From Octopus vulgaris (taxonomy: Eukaryota), in the NCBI GenBank assembly GCA_951406725.2, contig OX597820.1, positions 100,936,001 to 101,000,000 of the forward strand: a stretch of DNA of 64,000 bases, read 5' to 3'. The position numbers were made by a program, and so were the translations under genes. Positions 63,391 through 64,000 of the stretch are shown in pieces (position 1 is the first letter of the stretch; each line of letters opens with the position of its first letter). The notes below the pieces were generated by a model, which was given only the letters and a program-made list of their open reading frames with translations, did not search any database and was not told the DNA's origin.

Positions 63391-63700
63391 CTAGGGAAAG
63401 AAAATAAAAGGCAAAAACAAGTTTAAATATGTCATATCAGTGAGACAGTAGAGTGCGATTTCAGCAATATTTTCAAGGAAACAAATATTTCTCCTAGTCT
63501 TTCAACAATGAATAACTCCAAAGCCAGAGATGTTTCTACAGAGGATTGCAAAGAATGATACTGTTTACATCAATGGAGGAAAAAACACTTACACGCACAC
63601 ATCATCATCATCATCATCATTTTAACATCCACATGTCCAGGCTTGCATGGGTCAGGCAAAGTTTATTGAGGCAGATTTTCTATAGCTGGATGCCCTTCTT

Positions 63701-63935
63701 ATTTCTTTATTGCCCACAAGGGGCTAAACATAGAGGGGACAAACAAGGACAGACATAGGGATTAAGTTGATTATAACAATCCCAGTGCGTAACTGGTACT
63801 TATTTAATCGACCCTGAAAGGATGAAAGGCAAAGTCGATCTCGGCGGAATTTGAACTCAGAACGTAGCGGCAGACGAAAAACCATTAAGCATTTCGTCTG
63901 GCGTGCTAACGTTTCTGCCAGCTCACCGCCTTTTT
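63701..63935 (-). mobile_element. SINE family C nested in an older (GAT)n-tailed repeat (63600-64000)
   Basis: 15-bp TSD CTGGATGCCCTTCTT at 63686-63700 and 63936-63950. Confidence 0.92.
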
Positions 63936-64000
63936 CTGGATGCCCTTCTTGTTGCCAACCCTTACCGGTTTCCAAGTAAAGAAATATTTCTCCGAAACCA

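Overview
A 64-kb, AT-rich, microsatellite-saturated animal genomic window. The SINE repertoire suggests an octopus or other coleoid cephalopod, which is an inference from recognition and not from a search. Nearly all ORFs in the supplied track are microsatellite or antisense-repeat artefacts. The window is mostly transposable elements. There are about 35 SINE copies or fragments in 3-4 families and decayed RTE, R4/Dong and L1/Tx1 LINEs. A PIF1-bearing Helitron keeps both termini, and two non-autonomous Helitrons lie head to tail. Also present are hAT and Tc1 transposase fossils, several MITEs, a solo LTR and Penelope-like pieces. Host-gene evidence is limited to one good minus-strand terminal exon (63162-63390) and a few weak candidate exons. 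The most interesting signals are: (i) a (TATG)n-embedded RTE system, made of a triple-C2H2 LINE 3' end at 54.3 kb and a non-autonomous bipartite partner at 28.5 kb with an HDV-ribozyme-like fold; (ii) one near-complete and several consistently halved hammerhead ribozyme motifs tied to fold-back repeats; (iii) a SINE flanked exactly by a ~235-bp direct duplication; (iv) two Helitrons joined CTAG|TC that carry different cargo. All structures were read by eye and boundaries of decayed elements are approximate.
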